A stretch of DNA of 64,000 bases from Patescibacteria group bacterium (GTDB lineage Bacteria > Patescibacteriota > Patescibacteriia > Patescibacteriales > UBA12465), in contig JBBQHF010000004.1 of the NCBI GenBank assembly GCA_038323715.1, positions 6,159 through 70,158 on the forward strand, written 5' to 3'. Within the stretch, counting starts at the first letter, position 1, and the number at the start of each line of letters is the position of its first letter. Shown here in pieces: positions 27,281 to 37,100 of the stretch. Position numbers and translations under genes: made by a program. The notes below the pieces were generated by a model. That model had not been told where the DNA came from. It saw only the letters and a list, made by a program, of their open reading frames with translations, and made no database searches.

Positions 27281-28735
27281 ATGACAAAAAGTAATAAATT
27301 TTTAAATTTAAACGGATATCAACTTATTCCGGAAGCGAGTCGCTCTTCATATTTTTATATTGCTGAAATAGTGGCTAATTACTGCTGGCAAAAACACAAT
27401 TTTTTACCAATTAACATCTTAACCTTAGTAGAATACAAAACTAATAAGTGGCAAGTTTATTATGCGATTAAAGATCGTAGTCGTTTTTTAGAAGTTTTAC
27501 AGAGATTTGTGAAGCAACCGTCGTTACTCACTAAGATGGAAAAATACTTAACTGAAACCAGAGAGTCCGCTATTTTCCATATTACTGAAAAACCATTAGA
27601 ATCATTAACTGACAAACAATTAGGAAATCTTCTTGCTTTTTATTATTTACGGAGTCAAGAGCTACATAAAGCGGCCATGACTCTTCGCTTAATAGACCGC
27701 GGTGCACTTGATTATTTCCATAATTTATTTGAAAAACAAAATATTACCAATCAAAGCAACATAATGTCCACGTCTAAATGCCAAAGCTTTACTGCACAGG
27801 AAAATGTGGCTCTTTTAAAATTAGCCGTTAAGGTAAACAAAGGCCTAATTAAAATTGACTCAAAAAGTTATGTGCAACAACTGAAAAAAATATATAACAA
27901 TTTTTGTTGGTTAACATTAGGATATTATGATGAAACCCTGCCATCTTTAGAGGATTATGATAAAAAAGTTAAAAATTTAGCAAACAACAAACCAGCACTA
28001 CTTTTAACAAAAAAGAATTTAAATATAATCAAAGAACAAAAACAAAGAGCCTCTTTGTTAAAAAATTATCCTTCAGCAACTAAACGAATAGCTGATGTAG
28101 CCGCCGAATCAAGTTATTTAAAAGATTATTTTAAATTTTCTACCAATAAGATGCAGTTTTATGGAGAAAAAATATTTCAGGAAATTAGTAATCGTACCAA
28201 TATTAAGATAGGTGAACTAAAAAATTTACCTCACAATATAGCCAGCGCTCTTACAGCTAACCATGGGAAATTTAATAAATTAGAAGCTAAAAAATACCAA
28301 CGTCATACAATATTTATTAGCCTGACCGGAAAAATAAGAGAAAAATATATAGGGGTTGATGCTGATAAGTACAAAAAATTATTTTTAACACATTCTAAAA
28401 ATACTACCGGAGAATTTAAAGGACGAACTGCCTGTTTAGGAAAGGTTACCGGATATGCCAAAGTCGTATATTCCCCGAAAGATTTTAATAAAGTAAAAAA
28501 AGGCAATATTATTATAGTTATGAACACTGGGCCTGATTTTGTGCCGGTTCTTTCTCGTGTCGGAGCGATAGTAGCTGAAGAAGGAGGAATTACCGCTCAT
28601 GTTTCCATAATAAGTCGCGAATTAAAGGTGCCCTGTGTAGTGGGCATTCCTCACATAACCCAAGAGATTAAAGATAATGATTATTTAGAGGTAGATGCAA
28701 ATCAAGGAATAGTCAAAATATTAAAGTCCGCTTAA
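27281..28735 (+). CDS. Protein with a C-terminal PEP-utilizer mobile (swivelling phospho-His) domain and an uncharacterised ~380-aa N-terminal region
   Basis: The C-terminus GRTACLGKVTGYAKVV...VAEEGGITAHVSIISRELKVPCVVG matches the PpsA/PPDK swivel domain (compare [21 protein letters not shown] in the ppsA at 51462). Confidence 0.7.
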   Translation: MTKSNKFLNLNGYQLIPEASRSSYFYIAEIVANYCWQKHNFLPINILTLVEYKTNKWQVYYAIKDRSRFLEVLQRFVKQPSLLTKMEKYLTETRESAIFHITEKPLESLTDKQLGNLLAFYYLRSQELHKAAMTLRLIDRGALDYFHNLFEKQNITNQSNIMSTSKCQSFTAQENVALLKLAVKVNKGLIKIDSKSYVQQLKKIYNNFCWLTLGYYDETLPSLEDYDKKVKNLANNKPALLLTKKNLNIIKEQKQRASLLKNYPSATKRIADVAAESSYLKDYFKFSTNKMQFYGEKIFQEISNRTNIKIGELKNLPHNIASALTANHGKFNKLEAKKYQRHTIFISLTGKIREKYIGVDADKYKKLFLTHSKNTTGEFKGRTACLGKVTGYAKVVYSPKDFNKVKKGNIIIVMNTGPDFVPVLSRVGAIVAEEGGITAHVSIISRELKVPCVVGIPHITQEIKDNDYLEVDANQGIVKILKSA

Positions 28736-28788
28736 AACATCCACCACAAACTTCACCGCCAATGCCAAATAAATTATTATTTATTTTT

Positions 28789-29286
28789 ATGCCAAAGACA
28801 ACAATTAGATTTCAACAAGTTAGTGACGCCAAAAGATTTTTTGAGATTCTAAACAACCCAAATTTTATTTACTTTCGCATTACAACCAAATCAATTGCTG
28901 ACCAAAAAAAATGGTTAAAAGAAAATCCTAAAAGAAGAAAAGAAAATAAAGAATGGAATTATTCTATTTTATATGGCCAAGAAATGGTGGGCGGGATTGG
29001 TATAAAAATAAATCAATTTAGAAAATACATCGGCGAAATTGGCTATTTTATTGATGAAAAATATTGGGGCAAGGGCATTACCACTAAAGCTGTTAAACTA
29101 GTAGAAAAAGAGGGGTTTAAAAAACTTGGGCTCAGCCGCATAGAAATATTGATGCGCCCAGAACATAAGGCCAGTGAAAAAATTGCCATTAAAAATGGCT
29201 ATCAGAAGGAAGGCTTAATGAAGAAAGTTATTAAGGATAGAGAAGGAAAAATGAGAGACTCTTTTTTATATGCTAAAGTTTTATAG
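28789..29286 (+). CDS. GNAT-family N-acetyltransferase (RimJ/RimL-like)
   Basis: GEIGYFIDEKYWGKGITTKAVKL acetyl-CoA motif. An alternative start exists at 28762. Confidence 0.7.
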   Translation: MPKTTIRFQQVSDAKRFFEILNNPNFIYFRITTKSIADQKKWLKENPKRRKENKEWNYSILYGQEMVGGIGIKINQFRKYIGEIGYFIDEKYWGKGITTKAVKLVEKEGFKKLGLSRIEILMRPEHKASEKIAIKNGYQKEGLMKKVIKDREGKMRDSFLYAKVL

Positions 29287-29288
29287 AT

Positions 29289-29696
29289 ATGAAAAAAAAT
29301 ATTACTCCACACGATAATGTTTACACCAGACTAGGTATTTCAAAAATACACGGCATTGGTGTTTTTGCAATTCGCGATATTCCTAAAGAAATCAAAGTTT
29401 TCAAAGGCGAGGACAGCAAATTAATTTGGTTTAGTAAAGAAAAAGTTGATAAATTACCGGCAAAAATAAAAAAATTATATGAAGACTTTTGTGTTTTAGA
29501 AAATGGTAATTATGGTGCACCTGATAACTTTAATAATATTACTGTCGGTTGGTATCTTAACCATAATCCTAAAAATCCAAACATTAGATGCAACCGCGAT
29601 TGCGAATATGTATCAATACGTAAAATAAAAGTGGGAGAAGAGTTAAGCGTTGATTATTCAAAATTTGCCTTCAATCATATAGTCCTCAAAAAATAA
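29289..29696 (+). CDS. SET-domain protein (putative lysine methyltransferase)
   Basis: GIGVFAIRDIPKE, WYLNHNPKNPN (NH motif) and GEELSVDY (ELxxDY) in SET order. Confidence 0.6.
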   Translation: MKKNITPHDNVYTRLGISKIHGIGVFAIRDIPKEIKVFKGEDSKLIWFSKEKVDKLPAKIKKLYEDFCVLENGNYGAPDNFNNITVGWYLNHNPKNPNIRCNRDCEYVSIRKIKVGEELSVDYSKFAFNHIVLKK

Positions 29697-29749
29697 AAAA
29701 GCTTCATCTTGGAATTACGTCCAAAACGAAGCTTAATTTTTAGCCACTG

Positions 29750-30295
29750 CTATCCAATCACTAAAAACAAAAAGTGGTGTTTTTCTGCCATCCAATCATA
29801 GGTTAACCCAAGGTTAATGCATTGCTCGTGATCCCTAGACATACTAGGAAAAGCACGCGTTTTTGAGTTAACTCTATTATACTCTCTGAGCGCTAAGACA
29901 TATAAATACTTCCAGTTGGATAAGGATTTTTCCTTTTTAACAACTCTAGTAAATAATGCTAGCTCGCCTAAACCAGCGACCTCTTTGCCAAATGAAGCAA
30001 ATGTTTTAAAAGCCTCATCAATAGAGGGGTAGGAGGACATTTTATCTTCCCATAAATCCACTAAAGATAGCTTAACGGTTTGTGCGCCATACTTAATTGG
30101 CTTGACTTTGACCAAATCATCATTATCAATCAAGCGAATGACTGGTAACAATGTTTTAACAGCCGTTGATTGATAATCAACCGTTACCACTCTCTCCCAA
30201 ACGACATTTAATTCTGGTTTCTTGGCCACTTCTTTGAACATTAAAGTTAATAACTCATGTTTAATGCGAATAGCGGGTAATAATGCTTTGTTCAT
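29750..30295 (-). CDS. Hypothetical protein
   Basis: 181-aa ORF; no motif recognised. Confidence 0.45.
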   Translation of the reverse strand: MNKALLPAIRIKHELLTLMFKEVAKKPELNVVWERVVTVDYQSTAVKTLLPVIRLIDNDDLVKVKPIKYGAQTVKLSLVDLWEDKMSSYPSIDEAFKTFASFGKEVAGLGELALFTRVVKKEKSLSNWKYLYVLALREYNRVNSKTRAFPSMSRDHEQCINLGLTYDWMAEKHHFLFLVIG

Positions 30296-30418
30296 TACTA
30301 ACGTTTTAATTAAAGAACTAAAAAAATTTATTTAACACAACCATTACCTTACACTTTTACTCAAGTTCTGTCAATATAAACAAAAACAGCCCAATAACAA
30401 CTGGACTGTTTTTAAATG

Positions 30419-30492
30419 CGGAACGGACGGGGGTCGAACCCGCGACCTCCTGCGTGACAGGCAGGCGCTCTAACCAACTGAGCTACCGCTCC
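30419..30492 (-). tRNA. tRNA-Asp (GUC)
   Basis: Reverse complement GGAGCGGTAGCTCAGTTGGTTAGAGCGCCTGCCTGTCACGCAGGAGGTCGCGGGTTCGACCCCCGTCCGTTCCG. Confidence 0.9.
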
Positions 30493-30591
30493 TCAATTTA
30501 TTCGCTAAAAAATGGCTATATATGAGTAAGCCACAAAAAAAGCATAGCAAAAAGATTATAGTTTGTCAAAAATATAGAAGCAGGACAAACC

Positions 30592-30620
30592 TTGCAAAAA
30601 TAGGGCATATATACTATAAT
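30592..30620 (+). promoter_or_regulatory. Sigma70-type promoter upstream of the DksA/TraR-like gene
   Basis: TTGCAA (30592-30597), 17-nt spacer, TATAAT (30615-30620). Confidence 0.55.
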
Positions 30621-30682
30621 TTAAGCAGAACTAGAACATCATAGTTTTTTTATTTACAATAATTTAGAGAATATTTAAAAAT

Positions 30683-31072
30683 ATGGAAGCTACTAACCAA
30701 ATTGATACAAAAGTAATTGAGGAAATAAAAGCCTCTCTTTTGTTACAAAAAAAACAAATTATAGATGATTTAAGTGATGTTTCTAGAAAAGATAGTCATG
30801 AAGCAGATAATAGAAGCGCTCAATTTCCAGAATATGGAGACAAGCCCGATGAAAATGCTCAAGAAATTAGTGATTTTTCCACAACTATTGTGGCGCAAAA
30901 GGTATTAGAAAAAAGCCTAGAAGACATTGAGAGCGCTTTAAAAAGAATAGATAAAGGAACTTATGGAATTTGTAAATATTGTGGCAATCCTATAAACGAA
31001 AAGAGGCTTCAAGCTAGACCAACTGCTGGTGCTTGTATAACCTGCAAAACCGGTCTTCAAGAAAATGAATAA
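30683..31072 (+). CDS. DksA/TraR-family C4 zinc-finger protein
   Basis: CKYCGNPI...ACITC four-Cys finger after a coiled-coil region. Confidence 0.75.
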   Translation: MEATNQIDTKVIEEIKASLLLQKKQIIDDLSDVSRKDSHEADNRSAQFPEYGDKPDENAQEISDFSTTIVAQKVLEKSLEDIESALKRIDKGTYGICKYCGNPINEKRLQARPTAGACITCKTGLQENE

Positions 31073-31568
31073 AATTAACTTCAATAAAAATTTTAAAGAT
31101 ATAGCTATTATAATGATGATAGCTATATTTTTTATAGCTGACAGAATTCTAAAACAACGAGCCAATAATCTATTTAACACCGAAAATTATTCTCTTATCA
31201 AAAATCTTTTTTCCTTTAGCTTAACGAAAAATTATAATATCGCTTTTTCTTTACCTCTCAGCGGCCCCTGGCTAAACATTTTAATTAGCATAATAATACT
31301 AACCTTGTTATTTATAATAATTCAGTCTATTTATAAACAAAAACAAATCCCCCGAGAAACTTTAGTATTAATTTTTATTCTATTTGGTGCTATAAGTAAT
31401 ATTATAGATCGTTTCCAATATGGCTACGTGATAGACTATTTAGAACTTAAATATTTTACCGCTTTTAATCTGGCCGATGTAATGATTAGCCTCGGCGCCC
31501 TACTTCTCATTCTGCAAAATATTAATTTTTTAGCTATATGCTCCAAGACAAAATTGAAAACGCAATAA
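31065..31568 (+). CDS. lspA: Lipoprotein signal peptidase II
   Basis: NYNIAFSL, GAISNIIDR, VIDYL and FNLADV motifs. The start overlaps the upstream gene by 8 nt. Confidence 0.85.
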   Translation: MNKINFNKNFKDIAIIMMIAIFFIADRILKQRANNLFNTENYSLIKNLFSFSLTKNYNIAFSLPLSGPWLNILISIIILTLLFIIIQSIYKQKQIPRETLVLIFILFGAISNIIDRFQYGYVIDYLELKYFTAFNLADVMISLGALLLILQNINFLAICSKTKLKTQ

Positions 31569-32224
31569 ATAAATATGAAAACAACGGCTCAAGATTAGAA
31601 GAGGAGTTTGTGGGCTCAGTAAACGGTAGACGCTATAAAGAACTCGCCTATTCTTTTTTGCATAAAGATACTCTTAATTTTGAAGGTTTATCTAATGATG
31701 AAAAAATGGAAAAAACTTTACAGATGCGCGACCGAGCGTCTGAATCTTTCCAAAATATAGGAGATTTTAAAAATAATTATATTAATCGACGTGAGTCAAT
31801 GCGACTTATAGAAAAATGCCAAGTCGGAAACCCCGAAAGACCTAACCGATTTTTCTCTAGGAAGTTATACGATTCAGTTAAAAATCGCTTTAGCGAAAAA
31901 GATTTTATGCTAAAATTTTTTACAGCTACTGGGGGAACTCACTTGGATGTCATGCATAAAATCGACTGTTTCTTTAAATTATACATCAGAGAAACTGAAG
32001 CAGAGGTGGCCTGCGCCACAATTGATTTAACTCAAAACCAAAATAAAACGACAGCGGATGCTGACATTTTAATAAATATAACCGACGAAGAAAAAGACTC
32101 TTACGACCCCAGCAGAAGCAATGATAAATTTAACGCGGGAGAGCTCGACTTAAGAATATCAGAAATAACCGAACAAGTAGTGGAGGCTTTAACGGAAGAC
32201 TATCGTCAACGAAATAGTAAATAG
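31538..32224 (+). CDS. Hypothetical protein
   Basis: 228-aa soluble ORF overlapping the lspA 3' end by 31 nt; no motif recognised. Confidence 0.45.
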   Translation: MLQDKIENAINKYENNGSRLEEEFVGSVNGRRYKELAYSFLHKDTLNFEGLSNDEKMEKTLQMRDRASESFQNIGDFKNNYINRRESMRLIEKCQVGNPERPNRFFSRKLYDSVKNRFSEKDFMLKFFTATGGTHLDVMHKIDCFFKLYIRETEAEVACATIDLTQNQNKTTADADILINITDEEKDSYDPSRSNDKFNAGELDLRISEITEQVVEALTEDYRQRNSK

Positions 32225-32251
32225 TATAAACAAAAAGATTAAACATTATGT

Positions 32252-32713
32252 TTAATCTTTTTTTATTTTTATATTTTTTCTATCATCAGTAATTTCTAAT
32301 ATTCTTTCATCTTCTTGCAAATGTTTAAATTTAATTTTAATTTTATTACGAGGCCAGATTGCCTTAACTTTTTCAGCCCATTCAATCGCTACAACCATTT
32401 CTTTATCGGCCAGAATTTCTTCTATTCCTAAAGCTTTTAAATCCTGAGCGCTTGATAACCGATAAGCATCTATATGACAAAAAGATTTTACCACTGAACC
32501 CTTTTTAGTTTTATAAAGTTTTAAAATATTAAAAGTCGGACTGTTAACTTGGCCTGTTACCCCAAGTCCTTGAGCCAAGCCCTGCAAGAATGTTGTTTTA
32601 CCAGCGCCTAAATCACCACTTAAAACAAAAACTTCTTGCCCGCTACAAATAGCCCCCGCTTCTCTGCCAAGTATTTGCATCTCTTTGCGACTATGGGTAA
32701 TAATTTTCTCCAT
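32252..32713 (-). CDS. tsaE: tRNA threonylcarbamoyladenosine biosynthesis ATPase TsaE
   Basis: LSGDLGAGKTTFLQGL, SPTFNI and HIDAYRL. Met at 32713 is chosen because the longer ORF runs into tRNA-Val. Confidence 0.85.
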   Translation of the reverse strand: MEKIITHSRKEMQILGREAGAICSGQEVFVLSGDLGAGKTTFLQGLAQGLGVTGQVNSPTFNILKLYKTKKGSVVKSFCHIDAYRLSSAQDLKALGIEEILADKEMVVAIEWAEKVKAIWPRNKIKIKFKHLQEDERILEITDDRKNIKIKKD

Positions 32714-32765
32714 AAATATATTATAACAAAAAACAGACGAAAGTACGCCTGTTTTTAAAATAGGG

Positions 32766-32839
32766 TGGGCGCACAAGGATTCGAACCCTGGACCCCTTCG
32801 GTGTAAACGAAGTGCTCTAACCAGCTGAGCTATGCGCCC
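32766..32839 (-). tRNA. tRNA-Val (UAC)
   Basis: Reverse complement GGGCGCATAGCTCAGCTGGTTAGAGCACTTCGTTTACACCGAAGGGGTCCAGGGTTCGAATCCTTGTGCGCCCA. Confidence 0.9.
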
Positions 32840-32877
32840 TTAATCGGCCGAGGATGCCAATATATTTTAAGCGAACG

Positions 32878-32961
32878 GTGGGCGAAAGAGGACTCGAACC
32901 TCCACAGCCTTGCGGCCACAAGCCCCTCAAGCTTGCGTGTCTACCAATTTCACCATTCGCC
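32878..32961 (-). tRNA. tRNA-Leu (GAG)
   Basis: Reverse complement GGGCGAATGGTGAAATTGGTAGACACGCAAGCTTGAGGGGCTTGTGGCCGCAAGGCTGTGGAGGTTCGAGTCCTCTTTCGCCCA, with a long variable arm. Confidence 0.9.
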
Positions 32962-32988
32962 CGACTAATCGTCCGACACAACGTGCGA

Positions 32989-33330
32989 TTATTTTACAAC
33001 TTTTTCTTTCAATTTCTTCTTGAAGCCAGCGCGCAAGTAATATAACTTTGCTCTTCTAACTTCAGCCTCTTTCTTAATTTCAATTTTTGTAATAGTTGGC
33101 AAATTGAGCGGAAATATTTTTTCTACCCCAATTCCATCAGAAACTTTACGCACAGTAATAGTCGCACCAATTTCTTTATTGTGCTTACGTGCAATAATCA
33201 TACCTTCAAAATATTGAACTCTTTCTTTTTCCTCTCCCTTAGAATTAAGTTCTTTAATTTTTTGGTAAACCCTGACAGTCAGCCCCGGTTTTAATTCCAT
33301 TTTAGTTTCAACCATATTGTTGATAAACAT
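32989..33330 (-). CDS. rplS: 50S ribosomal protein L19
   Basis: PGLTVRVYQKIKE...RVQYFEGMIIARK...TITVRK...GVEKIFPL. The exact start Met is uncertain. Confidence 0.9.
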   Translation of the reverse strand: MFINNMVETKMELKPGLTVRVYQKIKELNSKGEEKERVQYFEGMIIARKHNKEIGATITVRKVSDGIGVEKIFPLNLPTITKIEIKKEAEVRRAKLYYLRAGFKKKLKEKVVK

Positions 33331-33396
33331 ATAAACGAGATTGCTTAAATCCCGTTATTTTGCTTTTAGTTTTATAAATCTTGTCTAATATTATAA

Positions 33397-33975
33397 TTAA
33401 TTTTTGGATATGTCAAGATTCTTTAATATATATCCATAAACAGCGTCAAAAACCTCATCAGGAGTTAGCTTCGTAGTATCAAGATAGAAATCATAATTTT
33501 TGACATCATTGACATCTATGCCATAATATTTCTCATATCTGAGCCTATCGCTGGCCAATCTGCGATTCATACTATCTTTAACGCTCTCAACATTCTCCAA
33601 ATTAACATCCTCATTTCTATCATTTTTCTGCTGTAAATGGCCAAAAACTCGTCTATTCCCCTCTGCCTCCTCTACATCAAAGTATAATTTTAAAGAATGA
33701 GGAATAAAATACCAAGAAGTTCTGCCCTCAATTACAAAATTATCCTCTTTTTCTCCTAATTTCTTTTGATATTCATCAACTTCCTGGTCTGTTTTGGGGT
33801 CGCTTTCTCCTAATTTATTATATTCTGCTAAGGTCATCCCTCGCTCCTTAGCTGCCTCTCTCCTTAATCCGCCCATATAATAACGTGGCCAACCAAGTTT
33901 TTCAGACAATCTTTGGGCAATAGTGCTTTTTCCGGAACCATGAGCTCCACTTATAGAAATTATCATATAAATCAT
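33397..33975 (-). CDS. Cytidylate kinase-like (archaeal-type CMP kinase family) P-loop protein
   Basis: ISISGAHGSGKSTIAQRLSEKLG Walker A plus the length and layout of the Cytidylate_kin2 family. Confidence 0.55.
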   Translation of the reverse strand: MIYMIISISGAHGSGKSTIAQRLSEKLGWPRYYMGGLRREAAKERGMTLAEYNKLGESDPKTDQEVDEYQKKLGEKEDNFVIEGRTSWYFIPHSLKLYFDVEEAEGNRRVFGHLQQKNDRNEDVNLENVESVKDSMNRRLASDRLRYEKYYGIDVNDVKNYDFYLDTTKLTPDEVFDAVYGYILKNLDISKN

Positions 33976-34104
33976 ATTAACTTATTGTCTTTCAAAAATC
34001 AATAAATTAACTTATAATAAAAGCAGTTCAGAGTAGTTAGCTGTTTTTATTTTAATAAATAAACTTTTTTGCCCCTTAGGTGGGCTGAGAAACTCTTTTT
34101 TGAT

Positions 34105-37100
34105 ATGTATCTAGAAAAATTAGAAATTCAAGGATTTAAATCTTTTGCCAGTAAAAACAAATTAATATTTTCCGGTCTGTTAGAAGATAGACGTCGTGGG
34201 TTAACCGCTATTGTTGGCCCTAACGGATCCGGCAAATCAAATGTTGCCGACGCTATCAGATGGGCGCTCGGAGAACAAAGTCTTAAAACTTTAAGAGGTA
34301 AAAAAAGTGAAGACGTAATCTTTTCAGGCTCTGATCAAAAAAGTCAGCTCGGTTTAGCCGAGGTTTCTTTATTTTTAAATAATGAGGAATCGGTTAAACG
34401 AAATTTAGAAGAACCAAAATCTATTGAAAAAGAAAGTGATTTAGACCAAATAATAAAAAGCTGTTCTGAAATAGTCATTACTAGAAGAATATTTCGAAAC
34501 GGTGAGGGGGAATACTTATTAAACGGGAGTCGCGTTAGGCTAGCAGACATTCAGATGCTTCTAGCTAAAGCAAATTTTGGGCAAAAAACTTATAGCGTTA
34601 TTGGCCAAGGGATGGTAGAAAATTTTTTAAGTTCAACGGCCGCCGAAAGAAAAGATTTTTTTGATGAAGCCACCGGCGTTAAACAATTTCAAATAAAAAG
34701 AGATTCTGCTTTAAATAAACTAGAAGCAAGTTATGAAAATCTACAACAAGTAGATATGTTGCTAATAGAAATACGCCCTCGATTAAAAAGTTTAACTAGA
34801 CAGGTGGAAAAATTAAAACGTCGCAGCGAAATAGAAGCCGAGTTGCGCTCAACTCAATTCAACTACTATGGTTTCCTCTGGCAAGATATTAATAAAAAAT
34901 TAGATTCATTAAATGAACAATTTTTAGAATTAGATAAAGTTAAAATAGATCGTGATAAAAAATTAGAAAAATTAAGTGAAGATTTAAACAAAATTAGGGC
35001 TACCGATAATTTTCGTGAAATAAATGAATTACAGCCACACCTTCGTGATTTAGAAAACCAAAAAAGCCAGTATCAAAAAAAGTTATCAAAATTACAAGCT
35101 GAATTAGAGGTGCAACTTGAAGCTCAGGGACAATTTGATGTTTCTTGGTTAAATAACAAAGCCGGTGAACTTAGTGCCGAACTAGAAAATATTATTTTAG
35201 AAGTTAATTCCCTAGAAAACAGCCGCCCCAAGTCAGAAGCCGAAGCTTTGTCCTTAGAATTATCCGCTGTTCACCAAGAAATTAGCGCCTCAGAAGAAAT
35301 AAAGAGAACCATTAATAATCTTGAAAACGAAAAATTTAATTTCAATCGTCAAATATCAAAATTAGAGGCCGTACTAGAAGCTAACTTGGAAGCGCAAGGA
35401 CAATTTGATGTTTCTTGGTTAAATGGCAAGCAAGAAGAGCTAACCATGGAATTCAAAAAAATAAATGAAGAGGCTGAGACTCTTCGTCAAGATAACAACC
35501 AGGAAGAAAGCCAAGAAATGAGTGATAAGTTAAATCTTATCCAACAAGAATTAGTAAATTTAAACAAGGAGCTATCCGTCATTCATGAGCGCATTAAAAT
35601 GGCGGCTAAATCCGGAACCAAAGATGAACAAATTAGTAAAATCGTAGATGAATTTTTACAAAAATTAGACGCGATAAACAACACCGCCAGTCTAGAGGAG
35701 GTAAAACGATTAATTCTAGATGCAAAAAATAATTTTAAAACTAAAATTAAAGAAACGTTAACCGGAGAAAGTGATGAGGACGCAAAACGTATCTCAGAAA
35801 TACAACAAACAATAATTAATCTAACCGACAAAAGACAGGATATTAACAACAGACTAAATGAAGAACTGTTACGTCTTTCCACTATCCGTGAGCGTTTACG
35901 GGCAACCGAAGAAAAAAATATCCAAATTCAAAGAGAGTTGGCTGATATAAAGTCAAAGCTGGAAAAAGCGCAAGTTAAATTTGATGCCGGAAAAATAGAA
36001 GATGAAAAAATAATTATTACCAAAAAATTAACAGAAACAGAAAAGGAAATAGAAAAATTAAAGAATTCTTTTCAGGGACAGCAATTACAAGATAAAAAAC
36101 AAACTATTCAAGAAAAAATACAAGTTTGCCGAATTAAAGACTCATCCATTAACGAACGCGTTAGACTTTTAAACGACAAAAAACAGCAAACTGAACAAGA
36201 GGTAAATGATATAAAAATAAAAATAGCAAAAAGTTCAATTAAGTTTGATGCTTCGGCAATTGAAAACGAAAAAAATGAATTAAGTAAACAGATTGACGCT
36301 CTTGACCAAGAAATGGGAGTTATTTCTAAAAAATTAGAAACCCTGAACCAGGCAAAAGAAAAAGAAAAAGGTCAAATGTTTGAATGCCAAAAAAATATTC
36401 AAATCATCCAACAAGAAATTAATGTTATTTCTTCAAAACTCGGGGATTTAAAAGTTAATTCTACACGGCAAGAAACGAAACTAGAAGATTTGGAAAATAA
36501 TATTCGTAATGACGAGTTAACGATCAGTGAAATTAAGGCTCATAAAATAGAAGGGGACGATTCTAATTTAGCTTATTGGCAAAAAATTCTTATCAACAGC
36601 AAAAACCAACTTGAACAAATTGGTGGCATTGACCCGGAAACAGAAAAAGAATACGAAGAAACTAAAACCCGTTATGACTTTCTAAGCACCCAAACAAACG
36701 ACCTCAACCAAGCAGTTAAATCCCTTGAAGAAGTAATTTATGAACTTGATATGAATATCAAGAGTCGTTTTGACCAGGAATTTAAGGTTATCTCAGAAAA
36801 GTTTAACGATTACTTTAAAATTTTATTTAACGGTGGTTCGGCTAAAATATCTAAAGTAATGGTTGAGGATTTAGAAAAAGAGGATGCTAAAAATGGTAGC
36901 CCAAAAAACGACAGCGCCTACCAAGGATTAACCCAAGCAGAAATAGAAATGAAACAAATGGCGGAAGAAAAAATGAAGAAGATTAAATTCTTAAAGAAAT
37001 ACAACGCCGTCGGTCTCGCTGGAATAGAAATTCAAGCTATCCCTCCAGGAAAAAAGATTCAAGCGGTGACCATGTTATCTGGTGGCGAAAGAGCGTTGAC

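Noticed and set aside
32714-33045. The long N-terminal extension of tsaE (to 32776), and the 63-aa ORF 32854-33045.
   Set aside because: Both run through tRNA genes (tRNA-Val 32766-32839; tRNA-Leu 32878-32961). The TsaE homology begins at the Met at 32713.
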